DNA of 64,000 bases from Paraspadella gotoi (Eukaryota > Animalia > Chaetognatha), in NCBI GenBank assembly GCA_051294375.1, contig CM119266.1:17850087-17914086 (forward strand), in the 5' to 3' direction. The notes below the pieces were generated by a model, which saw only the letters and a program-made list of their open reading frames with translations, was not told where the DNA came from and did no database searches. A program made the position numbers and the translations under genes. This document shows, piece after piece, positions 1-13,782 of this stretch. Numbering within the stretch: position 1 is the stretch's first letter; each line of letters starts with the position of its first letter.

Positions 1-54
1 TCGAAGCTTTTTTTCGTTTTATTCGCGCTTTTTTTTTTTTAGTAATATTTTTAA

Positions 55-2156
<2,102 letters not shown>

Positions 2157-3032
2157 GGCCGGGGTAAGAAGATTTTGATTGATTATTTATTTTTATGTCT
2201 TTAAATCTAATAAATTATTACTTTTATTCAATATGGTATTAAAACCCGGGAAAGTTTTATTAGAAATAATGAGTTAAAAAAATTTTCAATGTTGTTGCAA
2301 ATGCCTCAATATGCAAATAAGATTAAAGAACTCGGTCACATGTCTTCCAGAGATCCAACGCTTCATCATGACGCCATATGAGAGTGACTCTTTTTTCGAA
2401 AAGACTCCGTTCATCTGTCGCGCCTTTAGAAAAAAACATGAAAACTTTAGTGAAACGAAAAGGTGATATCGAATCTTCTGTTGATCCCTCGATCTTCTTT
2501 TTTCTCTCCCTTGACTTTGATTTTCTTGCAGATGTTTAGCCAAATTTCCTTCTCCTTATTTGTTCAGTTATTAAACTTAATGAAAAAAAATTTGTCAAAA
2601 CGTCGCTTTATTCTCTCTACCACATTTACATTTTTTTTAGTAAAGGATTAATCGCGCGAGACGTGCGTCGCGTGATGGTATGACGAGGAGGAGTGAATTT
2701 TCTGACATCGCCGTTATTTTAAAACCACGAATCTTTCGCCCGCGACGAGCGCTTATTACAAAAAGTCCTCCTTGGGCGCTTTAAATTTTCTTCATCGTTG
2801 AAAAACCAATCATTATTATGTAAATTGGTTTTTAGAGATCGTCCAACCGAAATCTTTTTCGCCTTTAGTTCCACGTTGCTCATTGCTCAATCCGGCTTTA
2901 AATTGTAGAATGAAATAATATCTTAAAGGACATTACCTTGATCACCACCTTTTATAATAATACCAAGCGATGAAAGTTTGTTAACATTTTCCAACGCGAG
3001 AAATTCTCGATTGAAGAATATTCGACCAAAAC

Positions 3033-6000
3033 ATGGAAACAAGCGAGACATTTGATCCCTTAAGAAGTCGCCCACCAACGCCAACGAAGATCGTGTGGTA
3101 CGACTTCTTATTGGACGAGAGTCTCTTAGAAAAACATCTCGCCCAAGACAATCCCGATCCTTCTGCGCTGCATTTGGTCGCGGAGTTCGTTTATCAATAC
3201 CAGGTACGATCATTTAATTATAAAAAATACTAATAATAACTAAGAGTTCCATTTTATGAAATTGGTAAAACCAATATAAAAATTATCCATCCATTCATTC
3301 AACAAGTATTAATTAGATCGTCTGACTTGGTCAATGGTCAGGCTATGGTGTCTTAAGCCCTACATCCCTTTCACAAGATAATACATTGCATGATCTTTGA
3401 ATCTCGCAGATCATTTTATTCACTCTCCGAGTACCTGGCTTCCCTATCAATATCCCAGTCTAATTGAAAGAGTTAAAAATATACAATAACATATATAATT
3501 ATATGGAAGCCGAGTACTCTTGGAGCTTATAAACTTGACCTTATGTGTGTCTTGATAAAAAGCTTGACAGGCCTTGCTATATTAAAATGTTGTAGGAGAG
3601 ATGGAGGCTTCTAGTTCTACCCACTAAAGCGTGTCACATTCTTTTGCCTCCTCACACTTTCAAGTATCCTATTCTATACCCCCCCCAGTGCACCCTCCAT
3701 CAACTCCGCGATGCTAAATCTTCCTCCCTGCCGCCAGAAGGCGCCAAAACCGTCAACGGGTCGTCGGCGGCGTCAAACCACGACTCAAACGGCGTCGGCG
3801 ACGCCAACATCGTCGTCGAAGAGAACCGGAAGTGTTTGGCGCTGCGACTCTTGGCCTTGAAGGTCTTGGCTTATCTCAACTGGGACCTCAGTTTCTTCGA
3901 TACGAAGCTTCCGCTCTGTATGGTCAATTTACTGCTCACCGAATTTTTAAGGATGACGGCCGTCAGCGACGAAAGACTACAGGTTATATGAAATTGTTAC
4001 AACCAATATAAAAATTCTCCTTTCATTTAATAAATAAGCTATCTTGCCCCTGACTTTGGACAGGCTTTGGTGGTTCAAGGCCTCCATCACTCTTACAAGA
4101 TATGTATTATTATTATTATTATGTATAAAATTGTATATATTTAAGAATTTCAAAAACTTTCTTCAAAAATTGTTAAAAATCTGTTTTTATCTCGCCAGAC
4201 GGGCGTGATAATCGTTTGGAATTGCTTCTTTGTGTCGTCGTCACGCTTTTTTATATAAAAACTACTCCAGTTTATATAGGGGGGACTACGGCTTAAGATT
4301 TTTCTCTCTTTCATACTCGCATTTGTTTTATTTACGATGAATCGCGTCAATGAATAACTATCATCGCATCCATCATTGGGTTATCATCGCATCAATATTT
4401 GGTTATCATCGGATCAATAATTAGTTATCATCGCATTAAAAATTGGTTATCATTACATCAATAATTGGTTATCATCGCATCAATAACTAGTTATTATCGC
4501 ATTGAAGAGACAGTGATATTTGTTATGTGTTAGTGACAGAACCGTTCTATGTAAGCAGTCCCTGAGCTTCGGATCAGGCTGTAACACCATGTTACAGGCG
4601 GGTTAAGCGCCCCGTCCCTCTTAACTGCCAGACGACCACCGGGCTAGAACCCCGGACCTTTGGGTTGGGAGGCGAATGACTTGCCTCCGGCACCAATGGC
4701 CGCTGATGAACGGTTGGTGGATTTTAGTCCACCATACATCCCCCCCTCCCGTAGGGAGAAGTCTGTTGTCTCTTCAGTGAATTGTTGTTGTTGGTGGAAA
4801 GTTCGTCACCAAGTTGAGGCAAGTCGCCTGATGTGTTGTAGGCGGAAAGTACATCGCCAGGTTGAGGCATGTCGCTTGAAAGTGTTGTTGTTGCTGTTGT
4901 GTTAGGAAATCGGGCTCACCAATGAAGAGACAGTGATATTTGTTATGTGTTAGTGACAGAACCGTTCTATGTAAGCAGTCCCTGAGCTTCGGATCAGGCT
5001 GTAACACCATGTTACAGGCGGGTTAAGCGCCCCGTCCCTCTTAACTGCCAGACGACCACCGGGCTAGAACCCCGGACCTTTGGGTTGGGAGGCGAATGAC
5101 TTGCCTCCGGCACCAATGGCCGCTGATGAACGGTTGGTGGATTTTAGTCCACCATAGCATCAATAATTAGTTATCATCGCATCAATAATTACTTACTATT
5201 ACATCAATCAATTACTATTACATCAATAATTCCTTCACGAATCAATCATTAATTTTTTTTCCCGGATTTTCTTTGATAGTAACGTCTGGCGAGATCACTA
5301 TAATTTTAATTTTTTTTCATCTTTCAAGGCATATTTCATGCGATGTCTAATTAACGTAATTATAAAATAAGGCTGTTCTTATAGATTCTAACGTTTTAAA
5401 TAATCAAATTATAATAAATACATAATCATTATTCATATGCGCGCGATATAATAATGGACTTTATTGGTTTTGTTTAATAATTGTATTACTGTCTACGTAA
5501 TTATTCATCAGGGCCTTCGTCCATCCGAGCTCGATCTCAACATGCTCCCTGACCACACAGTCTTCTCTTTGCTTCTCTATTATCGCTGGTGCCTTCGAAC
5601 GATGGTGGACAGCACGATGCCGAAGAAGCCGACAAAGACGCTCGTCGTCAACGTCCCCGGTCTTCAAGACCCAACAGTCGTTCCGCCCGGATCTTACGAA
5701 AACACCGTCAAGATGGTAAACATCACGTAATCGTAACGAGAACCGGCAAGTTCATGCATGTAAAACATTTACTGATCCCTTACTTTACCTAACCCAAATG
5801 ACTCTGTATTTCATTGAATTTCTGGTCAATGGTCATGTGATGGATTTTTAGGCGTTCACGTGACTGCACGTATAATACAATACATATTCACATTAAAGGT
5901 CTTAAATTAATATCCAAATATGAACTAAAACGATGCAGTATAACCCGAATTATATGGAGTTAAAATCGACTAACAGACAGACAGAAAAGTGACTTATAGA

Positions 6001-9000
6001 GTTGCCCAGCGGCCCCACTAAAAAGTATTTTAGCCAATCGGGGTGAGAGCAAAAACTCTTTTCGCTTTTTCGGCCGATCGGTTTAGGTTCGCGAGCAAAT
6101 CGGCGAAGCTGTGATCCTCGTGGAGCAATTTCTTCAGACGACGAGATCGGTGCTCGTCGTTCCGAATCTCGTCTCTCTCGGGCAATTAAGCGAAGCCGCC
6201 GTCGCCGCTAAAGATGGAGAGGGAGACGCCAAACCCGCCCCGCCATCGATCTTGCTTAGATGGGAACTGGGCACGCAGGTTAAATAATACATTTATTTTA
6301 AATATTAATCTTTTTGATCATATAATTTTATTAATTAGATAATGCCGCCAAATAAAATCTTCTCCAATTTAGGTTCCGGAAGATGAATTGGTTTGTCAAG
6401 CTGCCTACGATCTCGGCGTCTATTACTTTCACATCGGCGATTACGACAAGGCTGGCCCCTTGCTGCAAACCTGCGGCAATCTCTTTTCCCAAGTAAGCTT
6501 TTTCTGGCGTGACACATATGAAATTCAACGTTTAACGGCTTCTAAATAATTTATATAATAGTTATTTCGTTTTTTCAGGTCCAAGACTCCGCCTTCTGCA
6601 CACTCAACTACACCGACCTCGACGGTTACATGGAGGCCTGTTCCGACGTCACCGGCGAAAAGATTTCCCCGGTTCCCAAGAAACCTTCGTTGGTCGATCG
6701 ATTGTGGCAATCGGAGAAATCCGGACTCAAAGATCTGGTCAGTTAAAAAATAATTAAATAATAAAGAAATTAAATTAATCAATAGATTAGGCTGTAGCCT
6801 ACGATAATGCCGAATGAGGACGAAGTACATCGTGTATGTTAGACACATTTGAATCCGATAAAGTTTTAATTAGATAACCAGTCTGGGTGTCATTCTGTTC
6901 GTTTTTCCAAGCTCTTTTTAACTAAAAAAGTTTCATTTAAAAAAAAAAACTTTTTCGACCGAGCCAGGGGTGTTAAAGAGTCAAAATATGGAAATTCACC
7001 ATTTTTTAGTATTTTTTACCTTTTTCCAGTTAATTTTTTTAATATAATAATCTTTAATGAAGTTAATTACTTCTGATAATGATTTTAATTTATCCTATTT
7101 AACTGTTTTTAAAACCATTCATTAAAAAATATTAGTTTTTAGCTTAAGCCAAGGGTTTTGAAGAGCTAAAATGTTTAAATATTTTTTTTAAATATTTATA
7201 AATTATAATTTATTATTTTTTTAAAGATAACTTATTTTAATTATGGTAATAAAAATATTTGATATCTTTAAATGCTTTGAGGCAACTTACCACAGCTTTA
7301 AGTTAATCAATTAATTTAAAAATGTTTTTTAAAACTGAAAACCCCAAAAACTTCTATGATTCAAAGCAATTAATTTTAATTTTTAATCACAAAATATAAT
7401 TGTTATAAGATAAAATTATTTAAATAACATTCGGATATTACTATAAAAAAATATTTACTTATACTATATAAATATAATTATATTTACAAATTCATTAAAT
7501 TTTCTTTGTAATCTCTAAAAACAACAAAAAAGAAAGGATCAAACAATGAATATGTTCACAAATATTTTTTTAATGAAAAAAAGTTTTTCTAAAGTCTAAA
7601 TTAAAATTTTTAATTAAAATATAAATCATTTCTATCCTAGCATCCCACGTAAGTCCCTCCCCTAGCCATAACCTCTGCTTTGCATCCATCCATCCATCTG
7701 TAACTTTTCAGTTGGGTATAACTACAACAACCTTGTTGATCATAATGCTCACTTTTACTTATTCAACCTGAATTACAATTACCTCAAATGTTAAAACTAA
7801 ACACTAACCCTTAACCTAATTTTGCTAAAATTGCCATAACTAGAACTTTAGTTTCAGTTCATTAACAAAATTATTATTTTCTATGCGATATCGCATAAAA
7901 TCTGGATAGTGGATATCATTTGAATAATTATATCTTTGTTGTAACAATTTCATTATATGATTAAAAAATTTTATGAATTGCTTTGTTTTTAAGACACTAC
8001 AAATGAATCACTAATGGTACTTTTCCACCTACATTTACTTTTTAAGTTGCTATACCAGTATACCAAGATTTTTAAGAAACATAATGGCACTCCACTCCAC
8101 TCCTATAATATAAATAGTATATACCGTTGACGTTTAGTCAAATAACGAGGGTAATTAATAAGTGGCAAAGTATTTGGTTGACAATGGTTTTATTAATGAC
8201 GGACAATGATTAGGGTGATGACACAGATAACGATGACACGATGACAAAGGTTAAGACAAAGGTGATGACAATATTAAACAGTTCAATAATTATTTGAAGA
8301 AGTGTTCTTTCTTGAGTTTAGGTGTAGAAGTGAATGCCTAGAGTTCTCTTAGCAATTTTGACCATCAATCCCTCCGTCAGTTCCTCTGTCGGTCATTGGT
8401 CATTCTAAGGTTGAAGTAAGGTCTGTGATTCGTCGGTATTCTGATGATTCGTGAAGGAGACGAGCAATCACATCACTAGGCCAACCAAGTCCGTTTATAG
8501 GTCCATTCCGTTGATGATACAATTGTATATCCTACATTCCATGAGGAAAAGGCAAACGCGCAAAAAGGATGGAATAACGACGAATGCGAAATTGATTCTC
8601 TATCGGAGAGAGAGGAAGAGGATAGCCGTTAGGGAAGGAACAGGAGAGAGGCAGAGATCGACGGATTCCACAAGGCATTAAATAATTAATTAAAATTATA
8701 TCGTTGCAGCCGTCCATCCTCGCGGAAGACAATCTCAAACTCCAGATTCCGCGATCGATGCGAGAGTCTTTCGTCAAACGAAATCTGTCGTCGATGTCTT
8801 TGTCGACGCGACGTCAAGTGGCGCTGCTCAACGTCCTGCGCCGCGTCGTCGCTGCGGGGGACGAGACGGTGACGCCGGACGAGCTCGTCGATGTCAGGAT
8901 CTACGAGAAGAGCGACGCCACCGCCTTCTTCAAAGCTTTTGAACCGATGGTCAAGTGTCACGGGTCGAAAAAGGCAAACTTTCGGTAGGTTCAATATATT

Positions 9001-12000
9001 TTGGGGTAATTGATTTTCTTTTAAATGTTTCTAATTTGAATTAATAATCCCATAAAACAATACACATACAAAATTCGTCCCCCCCCAGATTGTTCCTCCT
9101 TCAACTCCTTCCCTTTCACGTTGCGCCTCAGCAACTCAATTCTTTGGTAGAAAACAAAACTTTGTCTTCGGTTTTGTCGACGAGCGACTTGGAATTCCTC
9201 GTGGCGAAACCTGACGCCGATTTGGACGCCGAGTCCGTCGCCGTCGACCAACTGGCGCCCGCTTGTCTTCGCCTGTCCGATTGGCCGCTCAGTTCCGACG
9301 GGATGGGGGCGGACAAAGCGCGGGGGCCTCGCGGAGGGCCTAACGAGTTGACCCTGGGCTCGCTGGAGCACCGCCTCATCCGCAGTCGCAGCGGAGCGGA
9401 GATCTTTCAGATTCTGCATCAGATGCGGAAGATGTCGTCAACGTCCGCAGTGGGGATACATCAGATGTGGGAGTCGCTGCAGCTCACGGCCGAGATTTAT
9501 AACTGCCTCTCTGGTGAGTTGAAACGGGTGGGGAGGGGGTGGGAAAAAGATTTATTTAGAAACTGTGTTATTACAACACTCTCTCTCTCTCTCTTTGTAA
9601 CTTGTTTATTAGAACATCGGTTTATGTATAAGGAAGGAACTTTTGATACAACCAAGAATGAGATTGAGTTCATCAATCTCATTTGCATATTGTCGTATTG
9701 ACATTGACTTGTCATAAATTCTGTTCCTGTGTCATTTCATGTTCTCATTTCACGAATTAAATTAATTAAATTAATTTCACGAATTACATATGTTGTAATT
9801 AATTTTAAATAATTATCTTTATGCATTAATTTATTTGAACCCTTTGTCGCCGTGCCTCTCTGAGGGTATGGATATGGAATGGTATGGGTATGGTATGGAC
9901 TTAATGTGTCCAGTGGTTTTGGGAGTTCTTTACGTCAGTTGCCTTGCTTTCCAGAACTTCGGATCCGGCGACATTCTTTCTAATATAAGGAGGGAAATTT
10001 TTTTTTTTCTGACAAGAAAACAGAGTAAACAAAGAATTGCGGGAATGGTTGCAAAAATATCTTATGTCAACAATAAACGTGAACAAAAAAGGAACTTTTG
10101 ATGCAATCAAGAATGAGATTGAGTTCATCAATCACATTTGCAACGGTGGTTTAACCGGCCCGTCACTGTTTTGCAAGGATCGTTCCGACCAGGGCTAGAA
10201 CCAGGGCTCATTGGGTAGTAATATTACGTCACGACACCATAGTGAAGATCGAACGTGAAATACCGAAATACCGAAATAAACTCGGGTTCATTTTTTCACT
10301 TGATCTCGAATTCTTAATAAAAATTCCATCCTCCACTCCATTTTTATTATACACAGATAATGTGATGTTATTGTAATAGCCATTAGCCACAAGCCATTGT
10401 CGTGTTTTTAAATATGTTTTAAGTAGGCATTTGATCTCTCTCTCTCTATTTCTCACTCTCTCTATCTCACTCTTTTTCTTTCTATCTCTCTCACTATCTC
10501 GCTCTCTATCTCTATCTATCTCTCTGTTGTTGAGCACTTTAACTAATTAATCTGGGTGGACGATTATAATTATATCATATTATATTCTATTATATTATAT
10601 TATATTTCAATTATAACAGGGTGATATATCTGTAAGAGAATGGTTACCCTGATTATACATCGGTTCATATAGGTTCACTGGATATTTAACTAGTGACTGG
10701 AGGCTACTTGACTAGCTTCTTGGTAAGACAGATTCACTGCTGTGATTAGGGGTAGCCGTACTTAATAGGGTGAGTCAAAAAATTAGAGTGAGTACATGCT
10801 CAAACGAATATTTAGACATTTTTAAGAATACTTTCAATGGACAAAAAATTTCTAATATGGCTCTATACCCTAGTAATTAATTTTTTAATATTTATTTATA
10901 GATAGGAAAGGCCAAAATTTTTTTTTGAATTTTAAGACCAGATTCAGATAGCTCATAAAAAGTTGTCTACACAAAGTATGATTCTTTATTAAATATTTTT
11001 ACGATAAGTATGTCAAAAATAAGAAAAACTATAAAAAATCATCATCATCATCATCTTTCGATGATTTTATCAGTTTTTTTATATTTTCACTTAGAAAATG
11101 TAAGAATTTTTAAAAGCTGTAATTATATTTCTTGTTTAACTTTTTATGCTCTATCAGAATCCATCAAAAAATTTTAAGATTTTAAAAAAATATTTTTTGC
11201 TCTATATAGTAATATAATATTTTTAATTAGGCGAGTACCCTCAGAAGAAAGCATTTTTGACAAAAAATATTTTAATACCATAATCTATGGTCATGATAGA
11301 TTATTTTAACGCTGTATACATTAGCATTTAAATTTCATGGGCTATGGCTACTGTGATTTTGAAATTTTTGGGCACAACCTATCCCTCTCCATCCCTCCCA
11401 GACAAGTTCGATCAAGACTACGTGACGATCCTCTTCGCCAAAGCTTTTCAAAGTCTCCAGATGAAGGCCTTCGACGAAGCACGCGAACTACTTCTCTCCG
11501 CCAAAACTCATTGCTTGAATCTGCCCCACGGAGGAAAGAGGATCGCGGCGATCGCAGAGTGGGAGACGCTGCTCGTCGGACTCGTGCAGTATAGGTCGCT
11601 TTGGGGATTAATTAATAATATTCTTTATAATGTCGTTAACAAACTGAAAATTTATAGCGTTTTAATGTAGTTTAATCTAGTAATTGAATAATAGTATTAC
11701 ATAATTTTTTATATGTATCGGTAATTAAAAAGTCTTATAACATAAAATTTTATCATTCTTTCTGTTAGTTTTAAAATTTATTAAGATTGAAATAACTCAA
11801 TAAACAATGTTTTATAACAACAGCCGGGTTGCATGTGATGCCCATTGACTTTAGGGGCTTCCGACCTTCAGTGGAAAGATGTTAAGACTGTGGAATGTGG
11901 ATGGAACGCAACGCTTGGGATGGTGTGTTCCCCCAATGGGATTGGCTGAATGAAGCCGGATGTGAGGAAGTGTGAATATACTGCCACAGTTTAATTATTA

Positions 12001-13506
12001 ATTTCTTCAGGGAGACGGAGACTGTGAGTGCTAGTTCCGGAGTAACAGCCTCAGACCTAGTGAATCAAGCCAAGAACTGTTGGGTGGCGCTGAATGCCAA
12101 ACCGGGCGCGGGCGGTCTGATCCCTCCTTCAATCGAGGTCGTGGAACAGTCCGTCGCCTTCCTCATCAACATCAAAGAATGGTCGACGCTGTGGGGGTCG
12201 CAGCCACAGATGAACAACCACATGGAGATGGGAAGGCTCGTGTGCAACACTTGCAAGGAATTGCCAAATACCAACAATGCTAGGTGGGTCAATTTGTTGG
12301 TATAAGACTAATAAATGTCAAAAGGATCTTAAAAACATTGCTTCCATCCCCAGGAAACCCGCGAAGGACCTCTTCGAAGCAATCCTCTCCATCTTCCGTC
12401 CAGGAGGATTCCAACAAAAGCGAAGCGTGAGCGGCAACCCGGTCGGCAATCCAATGGGCCGCGAGAACGGACTCTTGCCTAAACAACTCTTCCTCAATTT
12501 CTTGGCCAGCGTCAAAGAGCCCGTCGTCATGACGACCTTTATCTCCCTCTTGTCCAATATTTTCAACGCCATCAAGGATGAAGCAGGCAAAGAAGTTCAC
12601 GGTGAACATCAAGAGATTTGGCCTTCGAGTTCTGTCATCGGAGATCCCGATCTCGTCAACCTTCGATCGTTGACGGAGACTTTGGAATCTCTGGTTGAGG
12701 GGGCATTGGCAACGGACCCCACCAACGCCTCGTGGATTCTCACGCAGGCGGATCTTCATTTCGCCAACGGACAACATGCGCCGGCGATGAGGCATTACGT
12801 CGAGGCGGGCTTCGTCTCCTCCGCCGCTTTTTCCAAGACTGTGCCAAAAGAGGTGGGTGGTTTGGTGTTTTTCAATCTCAATTAAATATTGCAGTTTGGA
12901 ATAATTTAGAATAGGCGTTTCCGATTAATTTCGTATTTCTGATTATTCTTACCATCGGAAATTATAAATTTTGTAATATATGTGCTTTTATTTGAATGCA
13001 ACAGGGTTTATTGAGGTAGTGCAAACATCTTGTGAAATGGACAATCTTATCATTGCAGGTTTACAACGACACAGTGATTCGTCGCATGATTAAATGTTGT
13101 TCGGCGTTGAAATGTCACACTCAAGTCACCGTTTTATGTCAGTTTCTCGAAGAGACGGATTACAGTATCGCGTTTAAAGCCTTACAAGAGAAACAGGTGA
13201 TGTTCAGGCGTAAAAATATTTATTAAATAACAAGTTTGATGACGAATATGATACCTTGTTGACAAAAAGGTGGTGGCGGACGCAATGGACAACTACTACG
13301 ATTGCATTTGGGACACCACGATCTTGGAATACCTCGCCAATCTCCACATTCGTCGCGGAGAGATGCAAAGGCACAAACTCGTCCTTCAGGCCTTCGGTCA
13401 TCTCGACCTCAATCCCAACAACGCCGAACACATTTTGGACAAAGCTATTCAATTGAGAAAATCAAAGTTTTTGAGAGCCTTAAGCAGACAGTACATGCTT
13501 TCTTAA
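3033..13506 (+). CDS. INTS8: Integrator complex subunit 8, about 13 exons
   Basis: N-terminal SRPPTPTKIVWYDFLLDESLLEKHLAQDNPDPSA and C-terminal DAMDNYYDCIWDTTILEYLA...QLRKSKFLRALSRQY resemble the INTS8 termini as recalled. Coding blocks at about 3033-3202, 3689-3982, 5512-5715, 6088-6278, 6373-6491, 6579-6735, 8710-8985, 9090-9512, 11402-11593, 12011-12282, 12353-12852, 13059-13196, 13271-13506. Internal boundaries are approximate. Confidence 0.9.
4503..5156 (-). mobile_element. Complete TRIM (miniature LTR retrotransposon, family A): two identical 234-bp LTRs and a 186-bp internal region
   Basis: Direct repeats 4503-4736 and 4923-5156, with 4-bp TSD GCAT (4499-4502/5157-5160). On the - strand a PBS-like TGGTGAGCCCGA follows the 5' LTR and a polypurine GGGAGGGGGGGATG precedes the 3' LTR. 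No coding capacity. Confidence 0.9.
4632..4703 (-). ncRNA. tRNA-derived segment (Pol III A/B-box head) inside family A LTR; duplicate at 5052-5123
   Basis: 72 nt with acceptor stem GCGGCCA/TGGTCGT, T-arm CCGGG-GTTCTAG-CCCGG, A-box-like TGGTGCCGGAGG and TCGCCTCCCA typical of tRNA-derived SINE heads. The anticodon stem is degenerate, so this is not a functional tRNA. Confidence 0.7.
7989..8093 (-). pseudogene. Non-LTR retrotransposon reverse-transcriptase fragment
   Basis: Translates GVPLCFLKILVYWYSNLKSKCRWKSTISDSFVVS, resembling the GVP..WY..VRW..S..F.V motif that precedes GVRQG in LINE RTs. Truncated by a stop. Confidence 0.5.
8400..8530 (-). pseudogene. Possible degraded Penelope-like RT fragment
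   Basis: DIQLYHQRNGPINGLGWPSDVIARLLHESSE loosely resembles the PLE RT motif YxQxxGxxMGSPxSxxIAxLxM. Weak match. Confidence 0.3.
11817..11989 (+). mobile_element. 3' half of family B LTR (truncated)
   Basis: Homologous to 63461-63711 (CAGCCGGGTTGC..GTGATGCCCATTG...TGTGAATATACTGCCACA). Confidence 0.8.
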
Positions 13507-13782
13507 CGTTTCCATTTATTGTGCCATTCCAATAGTCAAATGCCGTCTTCTCTGAGATTTTGTCAATTTGTGCCTTGTCTCACTTTTAGTTTAAAATTGT
13601 GTTACATTAATTGCGTTTCTTTTATATTTAGTTAAAATTTGTGGTCTCCATTAGGGGTGAGACAATTTTTGCCGAAAATGCACCTTGCTCATTCCATCGC
13701 GTCTTGATCACATGACATTCCTGGACGATCGCGTAACTATCATGTGACAAACCCATAACCATCTCGTGACATTTCCGTGACG

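Larger units (their letters stand above)
4183..5302 (+). mobile_element. Helentron/DINE-1-like non-autonomous element carrying a 22-bp minisatellite (other copies about 22160-22730 and 35021-36587)
   Basis: Starts in a T-run (TTTTTATCTCGCCAGAC) with a 12-bp subterminal inverted repeat GTCTGGCGAGAT at the other end, has no TSD, and contains (GTTATCATCGCATCAATAATTG)-like tandem units. The same ends recur at 35021 and 36568. Confidence 0.6.

Noticed and set aside
4632-4703. Functional tRNA gene
   Set aside because: Anticodon and D stems do not pair properly and the segment is embedded in a repeated LTR; treated as a tRNA-derived promoter relic.
4697-4736. CTGATGA in the family A LTR as a hammerhead (retrozyme)
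   Set aside because: No GAAA closing stem II and no NUH/stem III on either strand; the adjacent hairpin is just the LTR terminal stem.
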